Source: Candidatus Wukongarchaeum yapensis (GTDB lineage: Archaea > Asgardarchaeota > Wukongarchaeia > Wukongarchaeales > Wukongarchaeaceae). From it: a stretch of 16,258 nucleotides of DNA. Shown one piece after another: positions 1-7,840 of the stretch; position 1 is the first letter of the stretch, and every line of letters begins with the position of its first letter. The DNA is taken from NCBI GenBank assembly GCA_016840425.1, contig JAEOSI010000027.1, positions 1 through 16,258 on the forward strand, read 5' to 3'. The notes beneath the pieces were generated by a model, which did no database searches, was not told the DNA's origin, and saw only the letters and a program-made list of their open reading frames with translations. Made by a program: the position numbers and the translations under genes.

Positions 1-48
1 AAAAAAGAAAACAAAATATTTATTTTTTGAATTGCTTTTTTCTTCTTC

Positions 49-498
49 TCATTTTAATCTTTTCACCATTTTAACTGCAGCTTCAACGCTTCTTTTAGCG
101 TAACCATCAATTCTTTGCTTCGCTTGTAAATAGGTTTCACCAGGACCAGAAACCCCTAAAGCAACTGGTTTTCCATACTGCAAAGAAAGGTCCATAATCT
201 TCCGAGAAGCATGCTGGGCAACCACTTCATCATGCTTGGTTTCTCCCTGAATAACGCATCCCAAAGTCACAACAGCATCCACATCAGCTCTTTGAAGCAA
301 TTTTTCAATGGCGAGAGGCATATCAAAAGCGCCTGGGGTCCAGATAACGTCGACAACTTCTGCACCTAAAAATTCCGCATGACTTTTAGCCCTTTGAAGC
401 ATCATATTAGTTATGTCATAATTAAATTCTGCTACCACAAAACCCAACTTAACCTTTTCTTTACTATCATCCTCTTCTTTACTCATCTTTACCATCAT
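49..498 (-). CDS. ribH: 6,7-dimethyl-8-ribityllumazine synthase (archaeal type)
   Basis: Motifs [36 protein letters not shown] and [11 protein letters not shown] match lumazine synthase; last gene of the rib operon; exact start uncertain (several Met). Confidence 0.95.
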   Translation of the reverse strand: MMVKMSKEEDDSKEKVKLGFVVAEFNYDITNMMLQRAKSHAEFLGAEVVDVIWTPGAFDMPLAIEKLLQRADVDAVVTLGCVIQGETKHDEVVAQHASRKIMDLSLQYGKPVALGVSGPGETYLQAKQRIDGYAKRSVEAAVKMVKRLK

Positions 499-537
499 CT
501 CATCTTTATTCTTTAACCTCGTGTTTTCTAAGGAATT

Positions 538-1035
<498 letters not shown>

Positions 1036-1043
1036 TTAATTAG

Positions 1044-1817
1044 TTAAAAAGCGCTACTACAGCTACACTTTTCAAGAATCTTTAACGGATTAGATTGTTT
1101 TAAATAGGTTGAAATAAGGTCTTGCCCCCTTAAGAACGGGTAACCGTTATCTTTAGCGTAATTTTTAGCCTTTTCCACGCTTAAAGCCCTCCCTGTATCC
1201 CCGTCAAGCATTTCACAAATCACTACAACAGGCGTAAAACCTAACAATTCAGCAAGATAAACACAAAGTTCAGTATGCCCTCTTCTCTCAGAAAGAAGAC
1301 CACCAGCAGCCCTCAACAAAAACACATGTCCAGGCGTTAAAAATTCTTCTACAAATTTTTTCTTTATTATAGAGCGATCATTGCCCTTAAAGAAAGCTTC
1401 CCTCCCAAGCTCACCAAGCCTCTTAATTGTTTTCGCCCTATCAACATCAGGTATCCCTGTAAAGGTATCCCTATGATTAACCGGTATAGAAAAAGCAGGC
1501 CTCGACCCATAAGCAGTCTGCTTATAGACCATTTCCGCCAAAAACGGGTATTTTTCAGAGCTTTCTTCAAAAATGGAGTGGAGAAAAGGCAACCCAAAGG
1601 TTTCCGCTATCCATGGATGTAAAGCAACACAAACAAGTCCCCCAGCGTCCCTTCTTAAAATGTGCAAAGTTTCTGGTTTTATGTTCTCAGCAAGTGTTAC
1701 CATATCCACCTCCCCCTCCCTATCAGCGCCATCATACAAAAGAACAAACCCTCCCTGCGCCAAAACTTTTCTCGCTTGGAGAAATTTTTCGTTTAAACCT
1801 TCTAAATCATTTCTCAT
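1044..1817 (-). CDS. ribB: 3,4-dihydroxy-2-butanone-4-phosphate synthase (archaeal type)
   Basis: LLYDGADREGEVDMV, AFSIPVNHRDTFTGIPDVDRAKTI, PGHVFLL, RRGHTE, VICEMLD motifs; purine-rich AGGAAGG upstream of the ATG. Confidence 0.95.
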   Translation of the reverse strand: MRNDLEGLNEKFLQARKVLAQGGFVLLYDGADREGEVDMVTLAENIKPETLHILRRDAGGLVCVALHPWIAETFGLPFLHSIFEESSEKYPFLAEMVYKQTAYGSRPAFSIPVNHRDTFTGIPDVDRAKTIKRLGELGREAFFKGNDRSIIKKKFVEEFLTPGHVFLLRAAGGLLSERRGHTELCVYLAELLGFTPVVVICEMLDGDTGRALSVEKAKNYAKDNGYPFLRGQDLISTYLKQSNPLKILEKCSCSSAF

Positions 1818-1987
1818 TTTTGAGTAACCTTCCTTACTGAAACCTTATCCCGTCTAACTCCATCTTTATGGCATATAAACATTTTCCAACCAAGACTAAG
1901 ATATTTAATTAACTCAAAAATGAGTAAGATAAAAACTAAAACCAAAAACATTAATAAACCATAATAATTCCAAAAAATGAAACTCTC

Positions 1988-2713
1988 ATGATGGGAGAAA
2001 CAAGCATGATTGATGAATTAAATAAAATACACGCCCAAGTCGTCATTAACCCGAAAAATGCCCCTCCAGAAGTAAAAAAACGTTTCTGGAAACTGGTTGG
2101 TCAAATAAAACGAACATCGAACCCTGATCAGAAAGTAGTGAATAAGGCCAGTGAAATCCGCGACTTACTATACGCGCAAAGACTAGGCAAAACAATTCCC
2201 TTGAAGCTAGTTCTTCCCATCTGGTTTGTAATAGGAACCACCTTTTTCTTCGAATATTTTCGGAATGCTGGACAAGACGACCGGGGCGGCTTAACTGATT
2301 GGCACTGCGTTCTAACTATACTGGGAGTAATAGGTTTTTTCTATCCTTTCGGCCGCCTAATCGCAGGTAAATTAACCGGCATCAAGTTTGACGGTCTCTC
2401 ACGTGATATCTATTTTCTGCCAACATTGAAGATCAATTATCCAAGTTATTTAAAGACATCACCGCCAAAAAGACAATGGATGTTCTTCATTGCCGGAATT
2501 TGGACTGTAATTACCGCGGTAATTGTTGGAATCGTTGGATATCTGCGGGCAGAGGACATAACAGGATTTGCCATAGCCACGATCGTTGCAATACTAGAAC
2601 TCGTTGCACTTACCGGAATTTTAGGGAAGTGGGGAGGAGAAATGGGACACTTTCTTAGAGAGAGAAGAATTGTCCGTGACTGGAAAGCAACTTTAAAAAG
2701 CCTCAACAATTAA
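1988..2713 (+). CDS. Integral membrane protein, probably an M50/site-2-protease-like fold lacking the HExxH motif
   Basis: Soluble N-terminal helical region plus about 4 hydrophobic segments; GRLIAGKLTGIKF, PTLKINYPSYLKTSPPKRQWMFFIAG and C-terminal GGEMG resemble M50-like archaeal membrane proteins (recalled, not searched). Alternative start ATG 2006 after GGGAG. Confidence 0.6.
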   Translation: MMGETSMIDELNKIHAQVVINPKNAPPEVKKRFWKLVGQIKRTSNPDQKVVNKASEIRDLLYAQRLGKTIPLKLVLPIWFVIGTTFFFEYFRNAGQDDRGGLTDWHCVLTILGVIGFFYPFGRLIAGKLTGIKFDGLSRDIYFLPTLKINYPSYLKTSPPKRQWMFFIAGIWTVITAVIVGIVGYLRAEDITGFAIATIVAILELVALTGILGKWGGEMGHFLRERRIVRDWKATLKSLNN

Positions 2714-2970
2714 ATCTGATCAAACTTGATTGATTTCATTATTTTTTTGAAGAAGTTTTCTGAGGTTTGGTGTCCTTTCACAAGCAAAGACAACAAAATA
2801 TAAAATTGTTCAAATAAAAAAAGTTTGCATATGGGCGGCTTGAAAGAGATTTTTGATATCTTTATTACCCCTCTTTATACGACCGAAACAAAGGCACGAT
2901 AAGGAAAAGAACCATCCGAATTCGTGGAATAGGTGCGCTCGAAGTTCTCTCTCCTGTTCTTATTCTTTCA

Positions 2971-3261
2971 TTACTTTTTTTCTGTTGCCGCTAACTCTCT
3001 TGCTGCTCCCCTAGTACAGTAATATACCCATCTTAGAGACATAATCTCAGTGACAGGACAGCCACCACATGTGCACCCTTTTTCTTCTTTAATGACGCTA
3101 CTTTTGCCTGTAAGGCAGAAACCTAGTTCTGTCTCACCAGTACCTTCGTAACTTGGACAACCTGCGCAAATGCACATACTCTTTATTTTTTTAACTCTCT
3201 CGGCCATTTCCGCTTCAGATAAGCCTTTCATTTGTGCTACTTTCTCTTCAAAGGTTGACAT
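2971..3261 (-). CDS. DUF2769-like small cysteine-rich protein
   Basis: CICAGCPSY...GFC..GKS..I.EEKGCTCGGCPV......YYC.RG pattern; start placed at ATG 3261 after GAGGAGG (96 aa) rather than 3312. Confidence 0.8.
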   Translation of the reverse strand: MSTFEEKVAQMKGLSEAEMAERVKKIKSMCICAGCPSYEGTGETELGFCLTGKSSVIKEEKGCTCGGCPVTEIMSLRWVYYCTRGAARELAATEKK

Positions 3262-3376
3262 AAATATCAGCCTCCTCAACAGTTTAGATATCTTATTTTT
3301 ATAATTTACCATTTGTAAAGTTTAAATCTTCGAAATTTATAAAATATAGAAAAAAGCATCCAGAAACTTTGTATTA

Positions 3377-3679
3377 TTACGACATGGCGTGCCAGTATCC
3401 ATGAAAACTGAGTAGCAAATGGTGTTTGAGATGAACTTTTGCGACAGGTCTATCGGCCACATATTCCGCCTGAAATATGGCTAAGAAGCTTTTTTTCGTA
3501 TTACCATTATAGACTTCTGTTAATAACCAACCTAGTTCTTCATCATATTCTGGTGCATAATCAAAATCCGGTTTAGGCGTAAAAATGGGTTCTGCATAAT
3601 ATAGTCCATTTCCGAAACCGAGCTTTTCAACGGAAGACTTTTTACAAACATCAAGATCACTCCTTTTCTTGCTTATTTT
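3377..3679 (-). pseudogene. 5'-truncated remnant of a carotenoid oxygenase / RPE65-family (CCD/ACO/LSD) gene
   Basis: Manual translation of a 100-codon frame with no ATG/GTG/TTG start ahead of the homologous segment: ...GFGNGLYYAEPIFTPKPDFDYAPEYDEELGWLLTEVYNGNTKKSFLAIFQAEYVADRPVAKVHLKHHLLLSFHGYWHAMS*. It carries the EPxFxP, (E/D)xxGWLL and terminal FHGxW motifs of the family. Not in the ORF track. Confidence 0.8.
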
Positions 3680-3887
3680 TTAATAAAATTCCCTCTCAAT
3701 TTCATTATTTTTGCAAGTGATTTTAAATTCTTTGCTTCTAAATGCTATCATATTAATAACTCAAGGTCCACGACTTTATACAAAATATACCGAAAAAAGC
3801 TAATTCATCACTAGAAAGTCGCTTTTACTACATCTAACTAAAAAATATTTTTATGATGATGAAGATTCGTCTGTCAAGGTGATTAAA

Positions 3888-4484
3888 ATGGCTTATTATG
3901 AGAAATGGGAAAAAATCTATAAGGAATATTCCGTTGGGGTATTGCCATGGGAGCTTGGGAAGCCACGCCCCGTCCTAGTGAATCTCATCGAAGGCCAAAA
4001 AATTATTCCTGAGGGGAAGGCCCTAGACCTCTGCTGTGGTTTAGGAACAAACACAATCTACCTCAGCAAAGCAGGATTTCAGACCACGGCTATTGATATC
4101 TCGGAAACGGCCGTTAAACACTCCAAAGAAAGATCCCTTGAAGCCGATGCTAACATCCATTTTATTACATGTAATTCGGTCTATCTACCCTTCAAAGACG
4201 AAGTTTTTAACTTCGTTTTCGATATGGGGTGTTTTCACCATATTTTGCCCAATGACAGACAGAGATTTGTCCTGGGTATCCGTCGGGTACTAAAAGAGAG
4301 AGGACATTACTTCATGGTCTGTTTTAGCGACAAAAACGGTACAGCTTGGAATCATTTTTCCAAAGAGAGTATTGTCGCCATTTTTTCGCCATACTTTGGT
4401 ATATCAGATATTCACCACTTTTCCTCGGTGGAAGGTGATGGGTATATTAGATCGTTCTATGCTACTCTTTTGGTAAACGAATAG
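3888..4484 (+). CDS. Class I SAM-dependent methyltransferase
   Basis: LPWELGKP N-terminus, ALDLCCGLGTN SAM motif, AIDISETA, FDMGCFHH; ATG 3888 preceded by AGGTGAT. Substrate unknown. Confidence 0.88.
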   Translation: MAYYEKWEKIYKEYSVGVLPWELGKPRPVLVNLIEGQKIIPEGKALDLCCGLGTNTIYLSKAGFQTTAIDISETAVKHSKERSLEADANIHFITCNSVYLPFKDEVFNFVFDMGCFHHILPNDRQRFVLGIRRVLKERGHYFMVCFSDKNGTAWNHFSKESIVAIFSPYFGISDIHHFSSVEGDGYIRSFYATLLVNE

Positions 4485-4486
4485 AC

Positions 4487-4520
4487 CCTTTTTTTATTAA
4501 ATTAAACCCCGTTTCTTTTT
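4487..4520. terminator. Probable T-tract terminator region between convergent methyltransferase and cofH
   Basis: Oligo-T runs immediately after the methyltransferase stop in a 35 bp gap between convergent genes. Confidence 0.35.
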
Positions 4521-5668
4521 TACTCGTTAAACATTTTAAGTATTTTATAGTCTGTTGTTCTTTGTGAAGGTATCCTCTTTATAGCCCTTATCATTTCCCT
4601 TAATTCTTTCGGGGTTTTTTCTTCACCGTAAGTAGCCCCAGCAGCCTTGGAAATATTTTCTCCATAAAGGGTTCCACCCAAATCATTTCCCCCAGCGCAC
4701 AATACTACCTGAACCAATTTAGGTCCAAGCTTAACCCAAGAAGCCTGAATATTGTTTATATAATTTGCGAAAAATAGCCTAGAAACCGCATAAAGCTTCA
4801 AATCTTCCATCCCACTAGATCCCGAAGCGCTACTCTCTTGTTTGTATAACGGGGTATTTATATGGATGAATGGAAGGGGAACAAACTCTGTAAAACCCCC
4901 CGTCTCCTTTTGTATATCCCGAAGAATGTTCAGATGTTTTTTTCTGTGCCAGTTGTTTTCTATGTGACCATACATAATGGTTGAACTTGTTTTAATCCCG
5001 AGACTGTGGGCAGTCTTTATTATTTTTATCCATGTCTTAGTGTTCACTTTTTGGGGGCAAACCTTCATTCTTACTTCATCATCAAGGATCTCTGCAGCGG
5101 TACCAGGCATAGTGTCAAGCCCCTCCTCCTTCAAGATCTTTAATCCCTCCTCAACCGTTATTCCAGAGTTTATTGACCCTTGAAAAACTTCTTGGGGAGA
5201 AAAGGCGTGAATGTGAATATCAGGCAACTCCCTCTTTATTTCCCTCAAAATCTCCGCGTAAAACTCTATTTTTAATCCTTTTTTACACCCACCTTGGATA
5301 CATACCTCTGTTGCTCCCCTCTTCCACGCTTCTTTTGCCATACTCACAATCCTATTAATCGAGTAAAAATAGCTATCTTTATCACCCTCATCAACCCTAA
5401 AAGCGCAAAACAAACACCTATTTTCACACATGTTTGTAAAATTGATATTTCGATTCACCACAAAAGACACAATATTCCCCACAAGCCTCTGTCGAACAAT
5501 ATCAGCAGTATACAAGAGGGGCCAAACCAACCTTCCCTCAAGGTTTAAAAGCTCGTAAGCCTCCCCTGAAGAGATCTCCTTCCCATCATAAGCCTTAACA
5601 AGTATACCCTCAATAACCGGATCAATCTCTGAAAAAATCCTATAATAATCCATATCTTTTTCCATCAT
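4520..5668 (-). CDS. cofH: FO synthase subunit 2 (5-amino-6-(D-ribitylamino)uracil--L-tyrosine 4-hydroxyphenyl transferase), radical SAM
   Basis: NRNINFTNMCENRCLFCAF (CxxxCxxC), EVCIQGG, HAFSPQE, PGTAAEILDD, STIMYGHIE, FTEFVPLPF, NIQASWVKLG, NDLGGTLYGENIS; directly downstream of cofG. Context favours CofH over MqnC. Confidence 0.92.
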   Translation of the reverse strand: MMEKDMDYYRIFSEIDPVIEGILVKAYDGKEISSGEAYELLNLEGRLVWPLLYTADIVRQRLVGNIVSFVVNRNINFTNMCENRCLFCAFRVDEGDKDSYFYSINRIVSMAKEAWKRGATEVCIQGGCKKGLKIEFYAEILREIKRELPDIHIHAFSPQEVFQGSINSGITVEEGLKILKEEGLDTMPGTAAEILDDEVRMKVCPQKVNTKTWIKIIKTAHSLGIKTSSTIMYGHIENNWHRKKHLNILRDIQKETGGFTEFVPLPFIHINTPLYKQESSASGSSGMEDLKLYAVSRLFFANYINNIQASWVKLGPKLVQVVLCAGGNDLGGTLYGENISKAAGATYGEEKTPKELREMIRAIKRIPSQRTTDYKILKMFNE

Positions 5669-6880
5669 CTAAAATGACCCCATTTTGGCGTTTTTAAAAG
5701 TTCTTGAAACCCTTTCATCATACAATATTGCAAAACCTTCATCGTCTTTTAACATTTTTGCAAGATTATAAACCCTTTTATCAAGCCATTCATAATTAAC
5801 ATATTGTGGGTAGACAGGCAAGCGTTCCCGCAAACTTAAACTATGTTTAAGGGTGACTTTTTCCAGTTCTTTTATGGAAGGCCACGGTTTCTCAGGGTTT
5901 ACATAATCTATCGTTATAGGCGAAACACCACCCCAATCATTTATCCCTGCCTGTAAAATTTTCCCTTTATCTCTGACAAGGTTTGGAGGCGCTTGAACAC
6001 TAACCTCTCCCCTAAACATTAAACGAGCCAAAGCTATTGTGCGAAGAAGCTCGTCTTCCGTGGGAGGCGGATGGTTCTCCATAGATGTCCCTGCTTTAGG
6101 AACGAAGTTCTGTATAATAATCTCTTGTATGTGCCCGTATTTTTCGTGGATTTTTTTTATTTCAAGGAGGCTTTCCACCCTTTCCCTCCATGTTTCACCT
6201 ATACCAACAAGGATTCCTGTGGTGAAAGGAATCTTAAGCGTTCCCGCTTCTTCCATAACTTTAAGCCTTTCACTTGGATGTTTTGTCGGGCTTAACGCGT
6301 GGGGACCCCCCTCCTCGCATAAACGACTGCTTGAACTTTCAAGCATTAAACCCATACTAGTCACTGCCTTCCTTAACTCTTTCATCTCCTCTCTTTCAAT
6401 GACTCCTGGGTTAATATGGGGCAAAATCCCCCTCTCTAAAGCCTCAAAACAAAGATCTAAAAGAAAATCAATAATACCATCGTATCCTTCTCCTTTCAAC
6501 CATCTTTTAGCCTCTTCATACTTTTCTTCAGGCTTTTCACCAAAAGTAAACAAAGCCTCAGTACACCCATAACTCACCCCTCTATCAATAATAGATAAAG
6601 CCTCCTTCCTCGTAAGCAGTTTAACCTTAGGATCCCAAGGCTCTACCCTAAAACAACAATAAGCGCAGTTATTGCGACAAAGATTTGTTAAAGGTATGAA
6701 AACATTTCTGGAAAAAGAAACAGTTTTTTCAAAAAGCTGATCTCTCACCTTCCCAGCCAAAGAAACTAACAGATCAAGTGGCGTATCTAAACACAAATCC
6801 AATAATTCTTCAACGGATCCAAGCCTAAAAAACTTCTCTTCCAACTCTTCACCCACTAAAAAAGATCTATCATCCACCAT
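5669..6880 (-). CDS. cofG: FO synthase subunit 1 (7,8-didemethyl-8-hydroxy-5-deazariboflavin synthase), radical SAM
   Basis: SFSRNVFIPLTNLCRNNCAYCCF, EALFTFGEKPE, LPHINPG, SMGLMLES, IPFTTGILVGIGE, HIQEIIIQNFVPK, QAPPNL, GINDWGGVSP, YVNPEKPWP, RERLPVYP. Confidence 0.94.
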   Translation of the reverse strand: MVDDRSFLVGEELEEKFFRLGSVEELLDLCLDTPLDLLVSLAGKVRDQLFEKTVSFSRNVFIPLTNLCRNNCAYCCFRVEPWDPKVKLLTRKEALSIIDRGVSYGCTEALFTFGEKPEEKYEEAKRWLKGEGYDGIIDFLLDLCFEALERGILPHINPGVIEREEMKELRKAVTSMGLMLESSSSRLCEEGGPHALSPTKHPSERLKVMEEAGTLKIPFTTGILVGIGETWRERVESLLEIKKIHEKYGHIQEIIIQNFVPKAGTSMENHPPPTEDELLRTIALARLMFRGEVSVQAPPNLVRDKGKILQAGINDWGGVSPITIDYVNPEKPWPSIKELEKVTLKHSLSLRERLPVYPQYVNYEWLDKRVYNLAKMLKDDEGFAILYDERVSRTFKNAKMGSF

Positions 6881-6900
6881 TAAGATATTAAAACAAAAAA

Positions 6901-6912
6901 TTTAAAGCTTTA
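6901..6912 (-). promoter_or_regulatory. Putative BRE/TATA promoter of cofG-cofH (likely leaderless transcript)
   Basis: Minus strand reads TAAAGC-TTTAAA, with the TATA-like element 21-26 nt upstream of the cofG ATG. Confidence 0.5.
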
Positions 6913-7092
6913 CATAATTGTCTTCTCGAGACTTTTTAGATAACCATAAAGAAGGAATTAGTTTTTAACTTATAAAGCCATATATTTAAACAGATAAGGT
7001 CTTTCTATCAAATTTAGAAATTTTAATTGTTATACACCCTACGAAATTTCTTCTCTCTTTTGATTTTTTTTTGAGGCAGGTGATCACTTAAA

Positions 7093-7680
7093 ATGACTGT
7101 GATAGAGCAGGATGAAGAACGGGTTTATTTACTTTTAAAATGTCAGATTTGTGGGGAAGATACGGTGATCCCTGTAAAAAAAAGCGTAGTGCTTTCTGCT
7201 AAGAGGTACCCAGTTTCTGTGGTGTATGTGCACGGCAAAGAAAACGATCCTCTTCACACCATCTTAATATACCTTGATCACGAGTTTACGCTTAGAGGAT
7301 GGGAATTCATACCTGCCGTAGAATTTTCAAGGGAAATAGTTCCCGTTTTTAAAAAAAAAGAGGAAGAGGAAGAAGATGAAGATTTCTTGGATCCAAGCTT
7401 CATCCTGATGAAAGTGGGCGTACAACACTACGCAAAATTATCAAAAGAGGAACAAAAAGCTCTAACAGAGCCATTAAACCTAAAAATTAACAAGGACCAA
7501 ATCAACTGGAAAAGGATAACTTATGAAACAGGCATAACTGAAGAAAGAAAGGAGGAAATAATCGGCCTCTTTGAAAAAGGAAAAACCCTTTTTGAAGCAA
7601 TAGAAGTCTTAGGATTTGACGAAGCAATGACCATATACCACTACCTAAACTCCTTAAGCGAAAAAACAAACGATAACTGA
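7093..7680 (+). CDS. Hypothetical protein: N-terminal CxxC-His-His putative zinc domain, acidic linker, helical (possibly winged-helix) C-terminus
   Basis: C17-x2-C20, YVH47G, H55xxxIYLDxxFxLRG; EEEEEDED linker; AGGTGAT ribosome-binding site upstream. Function not assignable. Confidence 0.7.
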   Translation: MTVIEQDEERVYLLLKCQICGEDTVIPVKKSVVLSAKRYPVSVVYVHGKENDPLHTILIYLDHEFTLRGWEFIPAVEFSREIVPVFKKKEEEEEDEDFLDPSFILMKVGVQHYAKLSKEEQKALTEPLNLKINKDQINWKRITYETGITEERKEEIIGLFEKGKTLFEAIEVLGFDEAMTIYHYLNSLSEKTNDN

Positions 7681-7840
7681 TCTTCTTCTACCACCAATAC
7701 TCATAACCTGTTGTAAAACTAACTTCTTTTCCTGTTTTAACCCGTTTTGGAACCCATCGTATTAATATATAAATAGAATTTTCGTAAATCATTTATGCAC
7801 TAGAGTAAAGACAGGTTTATGTTTTGCATGGTGGTTTGTT

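Noticed and set aside
2446-2709. ORFs 2446..2709 (-) and 2476..2658 (+)
   Set aside because: Shadows of the membrane-protein gene with no independent support.
2714-2970. 257 bp spacer with short frames (e.g. MGGLKEIFDIFITPLYTTETKAR*)
   Set aside because: All six frames I translated over the non-AT-rich part (about 2820-2970) are short or start-less and match nothing I recognise; it may be decayed DNA but cannot be called.
3853-3890. ATGATGA resembling a C box of an archaeal C/D sRNA
   Set aside because: No CTGA D or D' boxes at suitable spacing; the region is better explained as the methyltransferase promoter and leader.
4093-6572. Overlapping ORFs 4093..4293, 4977..5183, 5173..5358, 5294..5548, 6039..6572, 6071..6295
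   Set aside because: Alternate-frame or antisense to the methyltransferase, cofH and cofG; Ser/Pro/Phe-rich composition typical of shadow ORFs.
7002-7020. Inverted repeat TTTCTA-N7-TAGAAA in the cofG / hypothetical divergent spacer
   Set aside because: Only 6 bp and AT-rich; no second copy noticed; expected by chance.
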